A stretch of DNA of 64,000 nt, from the NCBI GenBank assembly GCA_027490055.1, contig JAIXYV010000085.1, positions 543 to 64,542 on the forward strand. Direction: 5' to 3'. The DNA comes from Bacteroidota bacterium. GTDB lineage: Bacteria; Bacteroidota; Bacteroidia; NS11-12g; UBA955. The notes under the pieces are model-generated. The model saw only the letters and a list, made by a program, of their open reading frames with translations. It was not told the DNA's origin and made no database searches. Below are positions 44,689 through 54,052 of the stretch, in pieces (within the stretch, counting starts at the first letter, position 1; each line of letters opens with the position of its first letter). Both the position numbers and the translations under genes were made by a program.

Positions 44689-47613
44689 ATGACACAGAAT
44701 ATGACAAAATTATTACATATTTGCCTAGTGAGAATACGGTTTCTGATAGTTTGTTTGCTGACTTGCTGCTTTTCTAATCTGAAAGCCCAGGAACAGGTAT
44801 ATAAATTCTTCACTATCAAAGAAGGCTTGCCGACCAATAATATCTTTAAGTTAAAATTCGACAACAAAGGTTTTCTCTGGATTGCTCACGACAATGGCAT
44901 CAGTAAATATGATGGTTTTACGTTCAAAACCTATATCAGTCCGCAACAGAAGTCAAATGTTTATACCGATATTTATGTGGGACCGGATGGCAAGATCTGG
45001 ATGACCAATCTCGGACTTCAGGTGTTCTACATTGAAAATGACGAGATGAAGCTGTTTAAGGCCTTCGATTTAAACTATACGCCCACAACCCTAAAAATGG
45101 GTTTTATGTCAAATGGCAATTTGTTGTTTAATGCAGAAGGCGGAATTATTGAATACGATATAAGGACCAAGAAAGAATTTAAATTTCCTATTAAAACGCC
45201 GATCCAGTTCTTTGCAGTCAATAAAGATACCGTTTACTTTAATAATTTACTGAACAAAAAACTTCTAAAATACTACAACCATCGCATTGACTCAATCGAT
45301 TTGAGCATGCCATACTCTATCGTCTACGTTAACGATAGTGTCTGTATTAGTACTTATAATACTTTAAAGGAACTACATATCCGTTACGGAAAGAATTATT
45401 CTAAATCTTACATCACCAAACTAGACTATAACTATAATTATTCTGAAGCTTATGGCGACGATTTTTATGTGTTCACTACTGGCAATGTTGTCAAAATAAA
45501 TCTTAAAGACGGTCAGTTTAAAGCCCGTCAGATATACGATGGACACAGCTATACCCATTACGCCAAAGACAGACTGGGCAATTACTGGTATTCTACCCTT
45601 AACGATGGTATCATATTTATGCCTTCCAGTAAAGTGGAAAGAATAGATGTTGGTGAAAATTCGAGTTTTATTAAAATGGTGCAGTTTCGCAACTCTGTTT
45701 TAGGCATCACTCAGGACAATCAATTGTTCAAATTCGAAGGGGCTTCAACCAAAAAAATCGTGGATTTAAATAACGAGTTTAACCGAAAGCCCATCATCGT
45801 TTTTAAAAACCTGAATCACCAGTATATGATTCTTGGCAATAGCCGTTTTGTTTATCTCGACTCAAACTTCAATTACCGGCCATATATCAATGAAATCTCA
45901 TTGAAAGATGCCAGTCTGGATAATAAAGGTAATCTTTACATGGCGACTACAGGCAATGTCATGTATCATAAGTTCAACGATTATGTCAATACCTACATTT
46001 CCAAACAATCTCAGTTCAATACCACTGACAGCAATATTAAAAGACTTCAACAAATTGGGCGTTTCACTTCTGTAAAATATGACACTCTAAATAATCAATT
46101 ATATTTCGGTGGTATCCCTGGATTTTTTAGACGGTCTGATAATGGTGAAGTTCAAGAGATCAAAGATGGTAATGACCAAATATTCTCAAGTTTTATAGAC
46201 TATCAACCACCTTATATCATTGTCGGCACCATACAATCTGGGGTCTATGTCTTGAAAAATGGTGTTATCTATAAGCACTTTGACAACATCAATAGTACTT
46301 TGGGTAATACCATCATTAAAATTAAACTGTACAAAAACACCGTTTGGATCCTTAGTAATAAGGGTTTGCATACCATTAATCTCGACGATTTCTCTATCAA
46401 CTCATTCTCGTACATTGGGGCGGTCGACCTTAACAACGGAAGTGATTTTACTATTAATAATGATCTGTTATACCTGATCACTGCCCAGCAAACTTATATG
46501 GTGGATATGCGCGAAATAAGAAAGAAGCCTCCTATCATTCCCATGTACTACAAATACATCTCTATCGGGGGAGTGAAAAACTTCAACTTAAACGCGCTCG
46601 AATTTGACTATAATCAGAACAGTTTCGAAATCGGTATCGAAAGTCCTGCCGCCTCTGTACTGGGCAATGTTGAATACGAATACAGAATCAATAATGGCAA
46701 CTGGGTATACCTCAATAACGGTCAGCGTGAACTGTATTTGAGTCAGCTTTCGCCAGGCAAATACACCATCAGTGTAAGACAAATTGGTATCCCAACTTTG
46801 TATACTCTGTCACTTAATATCAAAAGTCCGTTTTGGGAAAACTGGTGGTTCTATATCCTGATCGTTTTAGCAGTGATTGCTCTGATCGCTTTATTCTATT
46901 TTAACAGAATCAAAACCATGAGAGTTAAAGCCGATTCCGAAATTGAAAAATTCAAACTGGAGAAAGCCCTGCAGCTGAATGTTCTCAGTAGTATTCGCTC
47001 TCAGATGAATCCGCATTTCCTGTTTAACGCCCTCAACACCATCCAAAGTTATATCTATTTAAATGATAAAAAACAGGCCATTTCCTATCTCGGTAAATTC
47101 TCGGTACTGACCCGTAAAATACTAGATGAATCAAATAGAGAAACCATCTCTTTATCAGAGGAAATTGAAACCCTGGATTTGTATTTACAGTTAGAAAAAA
47201 TGCGTTTTGAAAACACGCTAAGCTACAGCATTCACGCCGAGTCTATTGCCTATACCGAGCAAATTAAAATTCCGCCAATGCTCATCCAGCCTTTTGTTGA
47301 AAATGCTGTCAAACACGGCCTGATGCATAAACCATCCAACCGTCAACTCACGATTTCTTTTGGCTACAATCAGGAAGAAAAAATCATTACAGTTATCGTA
47401 GATGATAATGGTATTGGCAGAAAACGCTCCGGTGAAATTAACTCAAAACGAAATGCGGCTCACAAATCCTTCAGTACAAAAGCCAATAAAACGCGTTTAG
47501 ATATTCTGAATAGCCATAGAAAAAATCCTATAAGTGTTAGCATAACAGATAAAACCGACGAATATAATAACGCCACCGGAACAACAGTGCAAATCAATAT
47601 TCCCGTTTTATAA
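44689..47613 (+). CDS. Sensor histidine kinase, LytS/His_kinase type, with a large extracytoplasmic beta-propeller/Y_Y_Y-like region
   Basis: 974 aa. Signal/anchor, then about 690 aa of repeat-rich exterior. TM helix WWFYILIVLAVIALIALFYF. NPHFLFNALNTIQSYI (PF06580-type H box). HATPase VDDNGIG. Confidence 0.85.
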   Translation: MTQNMTKLLHICLVRIRFLIVCLLTCCFSNLKAQEQVYKFFTIKEGLPTNNIFKLKFDNKGFLWIAHDNGISKYDGFTFKTYISPQQKSNVYTDIYVGPDGKIWMTNLGLQVFYIENDEMKLFKAFDLNYTPTTLKMGFMSNGNLLFNAEGGIIEYDIRTKKEFKFPIKTPIQFFAVNKDTVYFNNLLNKKLLKYYNHRIDSIDLSMPYSIVYVNDSVCISTYNTLKELHIRYGKNYSKSYITKLDYNYNYSEAYGDDFYVFTTGNVVKINLKDGQFKARQIYDGHSYTHYAKDRLGNYWYSTLNDGIIFMPSSKVERIDVGENSSFIKMVQFRNSVLGITQDNQLFKFEGASTKKIVDLNNEFNRKPIIVFKNLNHQYMILGNSRFVYLDSNFNYRPYINEISLKDASLDNKGNLYMATTGNVMYHKFNDYVNTYISKQSQFNTTDSNIKRLQQIGRFTSVKYDTLNNQLYFGGIPGFFRRSDNGEVQEIKDGNDQIFSSFIDYQPPYIIVGTIQSGVYVLKNGVIYKHFDNINSTLGNTIIKIKLYKNTVWILSNKGLHTINLDDFSINSFSYIGAVDLNNGSDFTINNDLLYLITAQQTYMVDMREIRKKPPIIPMYYKYISIGGVKNFNLNALEFDYNQNSFEIGIESPAASVLGNVEYEYRINNGNWVYLNNGQRELYLSQLSPGKYTISVRQIGIPTLYTLSLNIKSPFWENWWFYILIVLAVIALIALFYFNRIKTMRVKADSEIEKFKLEKALQLNVLSSIRSQMNPHFLFNALNTIQSYIYLNDKKQAISYLGKFSVLTRKILDESNRETISLSEEIETLDLYLQLEKMRFENTLSYSIHAESIAYTEQIKIPPMLIQPFVENAVKHGLMHKPSNRQLTISFGYNQEEKIITVIVDDNGIGRKRSGEINSKRNAAHKSFSTKANKTRLDILNSHRKNPISVSITDKTDEYNNATGTTVQINIPVL

Positions 47614-47673
47614 ATCAGAAGTTTCAATTAATAAAGTAAGTAAATAAGTACAATATAAATCAATCAAATTTGA

Positions 47674-48432
47674 ATGGTGTTAAAGGCAATCATAATAGAC
47701 GACGAGATTAGAGCAGTAAAAATGCTTGAGGCAATTTTAGGGGATACTTGTGCAGAGGATGTCAATGTATGTGCTACGTGTCAGGACTTACCAGAGGGCG
47801 TTAAAGCCATCAAAAAACACAAACCGGATATCGTCTTCCTGGACATTGAAATGCCAGGGTATAGCGGTCTGCAAATCTTAGATTTCTTCAATGAAGATGA
47901 AATCGATTTTGAAATAGTTTTCACCACCGCCTATAACGAATTTGCCCTCCAAGCTTTCAAACTGTCTGCAATTGACTATCTCTTAAAACCGATACAGCCG
48001 GAACTAATACGCGAAGCTGTTAACCGTGTTATCAGTAAATACAACAAAACAGAAAACATCCTTAAATTCTCGGCTCTGAAACAAAACCTGGATGTCGATA
48101 ATACCAAGAAAATTGCAGTGGCTATTGGTCAGTCTATTAAGTTCATAGACATCGATACCATTGTCTTTATTAAAGCCGAAGGTGCCTACTCAGAACTGGT
48201 ACTGAAAGACGAGAGTAAAATTCTGGTCAGTAAAAATCTGAAACATTTTGAAGATGTATTGACCATCTCAAAAAATTTCATCAGAGTACATAAATCCTAC
48301 ATGATCAACACCCAATACGTCAGCGAATATGTCAAAAGCGACGGCGGTTATCTCATATTAAAAGAGAAATACGAAGTCAGTATCACCCACGATAAAGTTG
48401 AGAGACTTCTGCAGGTATTAGGCGCTAATTAA
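47674..48432 (+). CDS. LytTR-family response regulator
   Basis: 252 aa. Receiver domain (DIVFLDIEMPG) plus a C-terminal LytTR DNA-binding domain (FIRVHKSYMIN). Confidence 0.9.
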   Translation: MVLKAIIIDDEIRAVKMLEAILGDTCAEDVNVCATCQDLPEGVKAIKKHKPDIVFLDIEMPGYSGLQILDFFNEDEIDFEIVFTTAYNEFALQAFKLSAIDYLLKPIQPELIREAVNRVISKYNKTENILKFSALKQNLDVDNTKKIAVAIGQSIKFIDIDTIVFIKAEGAYSELVLKDESKILVSKNLKHFEDVLTISKNFIRVHKSYMINTQYVSEYVKSDGGYLILKEKYEVSITHDKVERLLQVLGAN

Positions 48433-48461
48433 AATACGATGTGTCTTTAATTTTTTAAATA

Positions 48462-48489
48462 AGGGGCCTCAAATGTCCCCTATTTTTTT
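48462..48489. terminator. Bidirectional terminator between the response regulator and phoA
   Basis: AGGGG-N10-CCCCT hairpin followed by T7 on plus. Lies between convergent genes. Confidence 0.55.
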
Positions 48490-49552
48490 ACAATCCCAGT
48501 AGCAATTTCATGGCTTTGAAGACTTCTGTGTTCTCGTGCGTGCCTTTTAGCATGGAGGCACCCGGACCGTAAGCGTAAACCGGTACCATGATACCAGAAT
48601 GGTGAGTGCTGGCATAGTGGTGTTGTATGGTTCTCTTCTTTAAGTTGCCGGCATCCAGACTTAATCCGCCCGTTTCGTGGTCGGCCGTTACAATCACTAA
48701 AGTATTGCCATCTTTCTTCGCAAACTCATAAGCTGCTTTAACGGCTTTGTCAAAATCTATTAATTCGGTAACTGTATAATTGAAGTCCGTGTCGTGTCCG
48801 CCCCAGTCGATCTGACTGCCTTCAACCATCAAAAAGAAGCCTTTCTTATTTTGTGATAAATGCTGCATACCCTGCTTGGTAATTGCTTCAAGCCAATTGC
48901 CTCTTTCTGCTGCTTTTGGTGGATGAATACTATCATTAAAGAAACAGAATTGCTTCTTAGAGGCATCTGCATTGGACGGAATCGTACCACTTGAAATCTG
49001 ATAGCCACCGGCCAGTAATTTTTCTATACTAAAATAGGGTTTGCCAGTTCCAGCCATAAAATCAATGCCCTTGCCATAAAAATCGTTGGCTATTTCGCGG
49101 TGCATTTCACGATTCCTCTGATGCGCATAAAAAGAAGCTGGTGTCGCATGAGTGACACTGCAAGTTGAAATTAATCCGGTAGATAAACCATTTTGCTCTG
49201 CCAGTTCTAGAATTGATTGTCTGGATAAAGTATCCATTCCTACACCGATCGCGCCATTAAAGGTTTTCTCGCCGGTACTGAAGGCGGTTGCTCCAGCTGC
49301 ACTATCAGTGATATAATCGTTGCCCGAAGAGGTTCTTAGCAAGCCGAGTTCTACAAACAGATCCAGACTTAAACCACCTGATATAAACGATGCCGCAGAA
49401 ATCTGAGCTAAGCCCATGCCATCACCAATCAGCAAAATGATGTTTAATGGTTTCTCAATTTTCTGACTAATTACTTTGGCGCCACTCTGACAGTTGCTAA
49501 ACAAAAGCACAATCGCCATCATCAGGGACAGGTGTTTCCTTTTATTCCTCAT
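48488..49552 (-). CDS. phoA: Alkaline phosphatase (PhoA family), lipoprotein
   Basis: IGDGMGLAQ and TDSAAGATAFSTGEKT active-site motifs. Start taken at the ATG at 49552 (MRNKRKHLSLMMAIVLLFSNC lipobox); the ORF track extends to 49579. Confidence 0.85.
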   Translation of the reverse strand: MRNKRKHLSLMMAIVLLFSNCQSGAKVISQKIEKPLNIILLIGDGMGLAQISAASFISGGLSLDLFVELGLLRTSSGNDYITDSAAGATAFSTGEKTFNGAIGVGMDTLSRQSILELAEQNGLSTGLISTCSVTHATPASFYAHQRNREMHREIANDFYGKGIDFMAGTGKPYFSIEKLLAGGYQISSGTIPSNADASKKQFCFFNDSIHPPKAAERGNWLEAITKQGMQHLSQNKKGFFLMVEGSQIDWGGHDTDFNYTVTELIDFDKAVKAAYEFAKKDGNTLVIVTADHETGGLSLDAGNLKKRTIQHHYASTHHSGIMVPVYAYGPGASMLKGTHENTEVFKAMKLLLGL

Positions 49553-49605
49553 ATTGCAAATTTGGTGCTTTTCAAACAAAATAAGTCATGTTCGGCTTTG
49601 TTTTT

Positions 49606-49636
49606 TTTGAGATTATTTTTTCCGTTTCTACATTTG
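49606..49636 (+). promoter_or_regulatory. Near-consensus Bacteroidota promoter for the zinc-ribbon ORF
   Basis: TTTG (49606-49609), a 19-nt spacer, then TACATTTG (49629-49636). The -7 box ends 4 nt before the ATG at 49641 and 10 nt before the ATG at 49647. Confidence 0.45.
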
Positions 49637-49640
49637 AGTT

Positions 49641-50000
49641 ATGACTATGCACAAATGTATTCAATGTAAAAGAGTAATGACTGGCAGAAGCGATAAAAAA
49701 TTCTGCGATGATGGGTGCCGCAATTCCTACCACAACAGGCGATACGGCAGAAAAACTATGAGCATCAAACAGGTGAATTCCATCCTTCGAAAAAACCGTC
49801 GTATCCTGCAAGTCTTTATCCCGGGAAAAGAGGTAATTCAGGTGCCAAAACGTTCGCTTGAGAGCAAAGGTTTCGATTTCCGGTTCTTTACCGGAATGGA
49901 ACAAAAAGGTAAGAAAACACTCATGTATTGCTACGATGTTGGTTATACGATTGCCGAAGATGGTCTCTGCGAAATGGCGCGTAATATGACCTTTAAATAG
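49641..50000 (+). CDS. Hypothetical protein with an N-terminal zinc-ribbon-like CxxC...CxxxC motif
   Basis: 119 aa. CIQCKRVMTGRSDKKFCDDGCRNSYHNRR. Preferred over the overlapping minus-strand 110-aa ORF because of the promoter and the motif. Confidence 0.5.
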   Translation: MTMHKCIQCKRVMTGRSDKKFCDDGCRNSYHNRRYGRKTMSIKQVNSILRKNRRILQVFIPGKEVIQVPKRSLESKGFDFRFFTGMEQKGKKTLMYCYDVGYTIAEDGLCEMARNMTFK

Positions 50001-50556
50001 ACTTAAGCCAGTTGCCTAAAAGTTCTATACCATAAGCCGTTAAAATGGCTTCGGGATGATACTGTATGCCTGTCACCTGATCACGCTTGTGGACAAAACT
50101 CATACACTCGCCCTCCTCAGTGGTAGCTGTAATTATAAGGTCATCCACCGGCCTGGTATCAATAATCAAACTATGGTAACGACAAACATCCAATGGCTGA
50201 ACAATATCCTTGTAAATACCTTTGCCATCATGCTGTATGGCACTAACTTTTCCATGCATGGGTTTGATTGCCAGCTTCAGTTCTGCGCCGTAATATTGGC
50301 CTAATGCCTGATGTCCCAAACAAACACCCAATACGGGATACTTGCCACATATATAAGGAAGCAAAGCCATTAAGTTCCCAGATTCTGATGGGGTATTCGG
50401 TCCGGGAGAAATTACTACCTTGTCAAATACATAGTCGCCTAAAGTTTCTGGTGTTAACTGATCGTTTTTTACCAGAATCACTTCTTCGCCTAAACGAATA
50501 AAATAATCTCTTAAATTGTAAGTAAATGAATCGTAATTGTCAATCAGCAAGAGCAT
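49993..50556 (-). CDS. pabA: Aminodeoxychorismate/anthranilate synthase component II (class I glutamine amidotransferase)
   Basis: 187 aa. LLIDNYDSFTYNL, catalytic GVCLGHQ, and GIQYHPE. Confidence 0.85.
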   Translation of the reverse strand: MLLLIDNYDSFTYNLRDYFIRLGEEVILVKNDQLTPETLGDYVFDKVVISPGPNTPSESGNLMALLPYICGKYPVLGVCLGHQALGQYYGAELKLAIKPMHGKVSAIQHDGKGIYKDIVQPLDVCRYHSLIIDTRPVDDLIITATTEEGECMSFVHKRDQVTGIQYHPEAILTAYGIELLGNWLKSI

Positions 50557-50581
50557 GTCCTGTTATCTTGAAATGACAATT

Positions 50582-52474
50582 TTAATACGCTCTGGCGTTG
50601 TTCTTCTCCATGAAGTAGATGAACGCTCTGTTGGTGATTTTTATGCCGCCTGGTGTAGGGAAATCGCCAGTAAAATACCAGTCGCCAGTGTGATCCGGAC
50701 AAGCGATATGCAAATCTTCAACCGTCTGGAAGATAATCTCTACCTCTGGCTCAAAGTTCTCAGGTGTTACAATCTCTGCTACTTTATCAGAAATCTCTTT
50801 CTGTGTAAACAGTTTGTAAAGCGCTATCACATGGTTCTGCATCTCTTCAACCGGTTTTTGCATCTCCGCTTTACAAAGCGCATAGGTTTCATCCAACTTG
50901 TGCATCATGCCTCTGTCTTTTAACAATTCTAACAAGGCTCTGAATGCTACAAAATCCTTCAGTCTGCTCATATCAATACCATAGCAATCCGGGAATAAAA
51001 TCTGTGGTGCACTCGAGACAACAATGATTTTCTTAGGTTTCAGGCGACCGAGAATTTTAAGAATACTGGTCTTTAAAGTTGTGCCTCTTACAATCGAGTC
51101 ATCTATAATTACTAAGGTATCCTGATTAGGTTCTATGATACCGTAAGTAACATCATATGCATGCCCTACTATGTCTTCTCTGTCGTTATCGTTCGTAATG
51201 AAAGTACGCATCTTGGCATCCTTCACCAATATCTTCTCACGACGGATACGGTAAGTTAATATCTCCTGAATTCTCTCCTGTGTTAAGGTATCCTTCTCAT
51301 TCATGAGTACCTCCGAACGGTGAATTTTTAACCAGTCGTTGATGCCATCTATCATCCCGTAGAATGAAGTAGCAGCAGTATTCGGAATATAGGCAAACAC
51401 TGCATTCTCAATATTGTAATTCAGTGCCTCTAATACTTTCGGTGCCAGCAATTTTCCAAGCATTTTACGCTCTGCATAAATGCCTGCATCATTGCCTCTG
51501 GAGAAATAGATTCTTTCGAATGAACAAGATTTTTGCGGTTTCTGTTCCAGTATTCTGGTTTCTGCATACGAACCATCTTTTTGGATGATCATAGCACAAC
51601 CTGGTGTGATTTCTTTGATGTCCTGATACGGTACATTAAAGGCTGTGGCGATAGCAGCTCTTTCGCTGGCTACTACCAGTAACTCTTTATTGGCATACCA
51701 GAAAGACGGACGAATGCCGTTTGGATCGCGCATCACAAATGAAGCGCCATGGCCAATCATGCCCACCATATTGTAACCGCCATCTGTGCGTTTGAATGCA
51801 TTTTTCAAAATGCTTTCTACATTTAAATGCTCTTTAATTTTCTGAGTAATCTCGAAATTTGAATAGCCTTCTTTCTTGAATTGTTTGAAAAGTTTTTCGT
51901 TCTCTTCATCCAGAAAGTGACCGATTTTTTCGAGCATGGTCACGTTATCACTGATTTCCTTAGGTTGCTGACCAAGTTCAATCAGTTGCGAGAATAACTC
52001 GTCGACGTTCGTTAAATTGTAATTACCCGCCAGTACCAGGTTTCTGCACATCCAGTTGTTCTGACGAAGGAAGGGGTGCAAATTTTCTAAACTGTTGCCA
52101 CCGTGAGTACCATAGCGTAAATGACCTAATAGCAATTCGCCAGCATATGGAAAGTGCTCTTTCAGATACAAAGCATTATTCAAATTGTCCGGATCCAGCT
52201 CGCTCAGTGCCTGATTGACATCTTCGAAGATATCTGCTACCGGATTCTTAGAATTGGAGCGCTTTCTGGCAATATAGCGCTGTCCGAATTGTGGATCTAA
52301 TTTAATCACCCCTATCCCTGCACCATCCTGACCACGGTTGATCTGCTTGGCCATTAAAAGCTGCAGTTTTTTCAGTCCGTAAAAAGGCGTACCATATTTT
52401 TCAGTAAAATATTCAAGGGGTTTCAGAAGCCTTATGAATGCTACTCCGCATTCGTGTTTTATGGCGTCACTCAT
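50582..52474 (-). CDS. purF: Amidophosphoribosyltransferase (long Bacteroidota form)
   Basis: 630 aa. N-terminal nucleophile context KHECGVAF and PRTase motif LVIIDDSIVRGTT. Confidence 0.8.
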   Translation of the reverse strand: MSDAIKHECGVAFIRLLKPLEYFTEKYGTPFYGLKKLQLLMAKQINRGQDGAGIGVIKLDPQFGQRYIARKRSNSKNPVADIFEDVNQALSELDPDNLNNALYLKEHFPYAGELLLGHLRYGTHGGNSLENLHPFLRQNNWMCRNLVLAGNYNLTNVDELFSQLIELGQQPKEISDNVTMLEKIGHFLDEENEKLFKQFKKEGYSNFEITQKIKEHLNVESILKNAFKRTDGGYNMVGMIGHGASFVMRDPNGIRPSFWYANKELLVVASERAAIATAFNVPYQDIKEITPGCAMIIQKDGSYAETRILEQKPQKSCSFERIYFSRGNDAGIYAERKMLGKLLAPKVLEALNYNIENAVFAYIPNTAATSFYGMIDGINDWLKIHRSEVLMNEKDTLTQERIQEILTYRIRREKILVKDAKMRTFITNDNDREDIVGHAYDVTYGIIEPNQDTLVIIDDSIVRGTTLKTSILKILGRLKPKKIIVVSSAPQILFPDCYGIDMSRLKDFVAFRALLELLKDRGMMHKLDETYALCKAEMQKPVEEMQNHVIALYKLFTQKEISDKVAEIVTPENFEPEVEIIFQTVEDLHIACPDHTGDWYFTGDFPTPGGIKITNRAFIYFMEKNNARAY

Positions 52475-52490
52475 TGTTTGAAATTGACTG

Positions 52491-52498
52491 CAAAGATA
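52491..52498 (-). promoter_or_regulatory. Candidate -7 box (TATCTTTG on minus) for purF
   Basis: TAnnTTTG match 16 nt upstream of the purF ATG at 52474. Confidence 0.3.
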
Positions 52499-52513
52499 AT
52501 GATTTTGATAGAT

Positions 52514-52620
52514 TTTTCCTATAGGAATTGACTATCTGATTATCACTTTGCTATACTGCTTATCATTTGCGCCCTAAACCAAAGAATCCCGGGTTTTCAA
52601 GCCGGGATTCTTCGTTTTTT
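52514..52620 (+). ncRNA. Hypothetical small RNA of about 105 nt, divergent from purF (prediction only)
   Basis: Plus-strand TTTG (52477-52480), a 19-nt spacer, then TGATTTTG (52500-52507; one mismatch to TAnnTTTG). Downstream is a canonical plus-oriented terminator at 52582-52620 with no plus-strand ORF between them. Confidence 0.2.
52582..52620. terminator. Strong hairpin terminator, canonical on the plus strand and also usable for the minus-strand DUF4399 gene
   Basis: AAGAATCCCGG-N9-CCGGGATTCTT perfect 11-bp stem, then CG plus T6 on plus. On minus it is followed only by TGGTTT. Confidence 0.7.
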
Positions 52621-52754
52621 GTTGATGTGGGGACAAATATGACGCTTCCGCGTCTTGTTCGGATTACCCGGAACTTTCTTAAGACAAAATTAGCCCAAAT
52701 TACTATCCGCTATTATGAGTGTAGTCATTCTCTCAACTGATGCCTATCAGTTCT

Positions 52755-53273
52755 CTATTTTACAATGACTATTACTTCCTTGCTCATGGCAGGACCGTAT
52801 GATTGGTGCATGCCGTTGGCAAACTGCAATCTTAACTTGTGAGTGCCTTTGGTCAGCATAGGATATTTAGACATTGTTAAAGTGTCTTTCAACTGGCCTT
52901 TGCCAAAGTGATAATAGCCTTTGTCTTCGCTGCCCATTGGCACCATCTCTCCTGCCGGTACGGCATCCTTATCAATTAGTAAATGGTGATGCCCCTTACC
53001 TGCTACAGCCATCTGTGCTGGCTCTACTTCCATGCCCTTTACACCGAAATCAATCACAAAAGGCAAACTGATTTCCTGCCCGTCTGCCAAATTTGGAAAA
53101 TACACCTGCTGACCATCACTCACTTTCAGCAAATCAGCCGATGCCATCTGGTGGTCGGCATGCATGCTGGTATCGCCTGCTGTTTGAGTACTTTCTGTAT
53201 TGTCTGCATTTGTTGCAGGATTGCTACATGCGGCAAATGCTATAGCCGAAAAAATTAAAAATGAAGTTTTCAT
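52755..53273 (-). CDS. DUF4399-like secreted lipoprotein
   Basis: Start at the ATG at 53273 (MKTSFLIFSAIAFAACSNP); the ORF track extends to 53336. AGKGHHHLLIDKD motif. Confidence 0.6.
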   Translation of the reverse strand: MKTSFLIFSAIAFAACSNPATNADNTESTQTAGDTSMHADHQMASADLLKVSDGQQVYFPNLADGQEISLPFVIDFGVKGMEVEPAQMAVAGKGHHHLLIDKDAVPAGEMVPMGSEDKGYYHFGKGQLKDTLTMSKYPMLTKGTHKLRLQFANGMHQSYGPAMSKEVIVIVK

Positions 53274-53344
53274 GTGGTATGGATTAAGATACAAAGTACG
53301 TCTTTTCGACCTTACTTTTATCCACCAAATTGTCAATAGTATGT

Positions 53345-54052
53345 TTATGCCTGTTCGGCCAGTAACTGATTTACCAATGCCGGTAAAGCCTTGGCAGCGG
53401 TATCGCTAATTACTCTTAAACCAGGCATCTTTAATTCAGAATGTCTGTTGGGATCTATTAAAAACTTCTTGCAATCGCTGCGGGTATAATCTACCAGTCC
53501 CGCCGCCGGATAAACCTCCAGTGAAGTGCCTACGATAATAAAAATATCTGCTTCCTGTGTTAATTTGATAGCTTCATCCATCATGGGAACAGCCTCTCCA
53601 AACCACACAATATGGGGTCGTAACAGGGTGCCTTTCGGACAAAGAGTGCCATATGGTTTTTCATCATACCCAACTTCGTAAACATCTGATTGGTATTGTG
53701 TGCTGCGCATTTTAGTGAGTTCGCCATGCAAGTGCACTATGTGCTTACTACCTGCGCGCTCGTGTAAATCGTCAACATTCTGGGTGATAATAACAGTGCG
53801 GTAAGCCGATTCAAGATGCTTTAACGCTATATGTCCGGCATTGGGTTCTACCTCTGCTAACTGTGCTCTGCGCTGATTATAAAACTCTGTAACTAACTCA
53901 GGATTCTTATACCAGCCTTCCATACTGGCAACTGTCATGATATCGTGATTTTCCCATAAGCCATTGCTGTCTCTAAAAGTTTTAATTCCACTCTCGGCAC
54001 TCATGCCAGCGCCACTTAAAACAACTACAGTTGGCATACTATGATTTTGCAA
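53345..54052 (-). CDS. cobB: NAD-dependent protein deacylase (sirtuin, Sir2/CobB family)
   Basis: 235 aa. GAGMSAESGIKTFRD, QNVDDLHERAG, catalytic HLHG. An alternative start is at 54037. Confidence 0.85.
   Translation of the reverse strand: MQNHSMPTVVVLSGAGMSAESGIKTFRDSNGLWENHDIMTVASMEGWYKNPELVTEFYNQRRAQLAEVEPNAGHIALKHLESAYRTVIITQNVDDLHERAGSKHIVHLHGELTKMRSTQYQSDVYEVGYDEKPYGTLCPKGTLLRPHIVWFGEAVPMMDEAIKLTQEADIFIIVGTSLEVYPAAGLVDYTRSDCKKFLIDPNRHSELKMPGLRVISDTAAKALPALVNQLLAEQA

Noticed and set aside
49572-49904. A 110-aa minus-strand ORF overlapping the zinc-ribbon ORF.
   Set aside because: It would extend the phoA operon upstream without any recognisable motif. The plus-strand ORF has a near-consensus promoter and a Cys4-like motif, so the plus-strand reading is preferred.
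52736-52753. The AACTGAT-GCCT-ATCAGTT hairpin directly after the DUF4399 stop as its terminator.
   Set aside because: It is a 7-bp AT-rich stem with no U tract on the minus strand. It is too weak to call, and the stronger hairpin at 52582-52612 is the better candidate.
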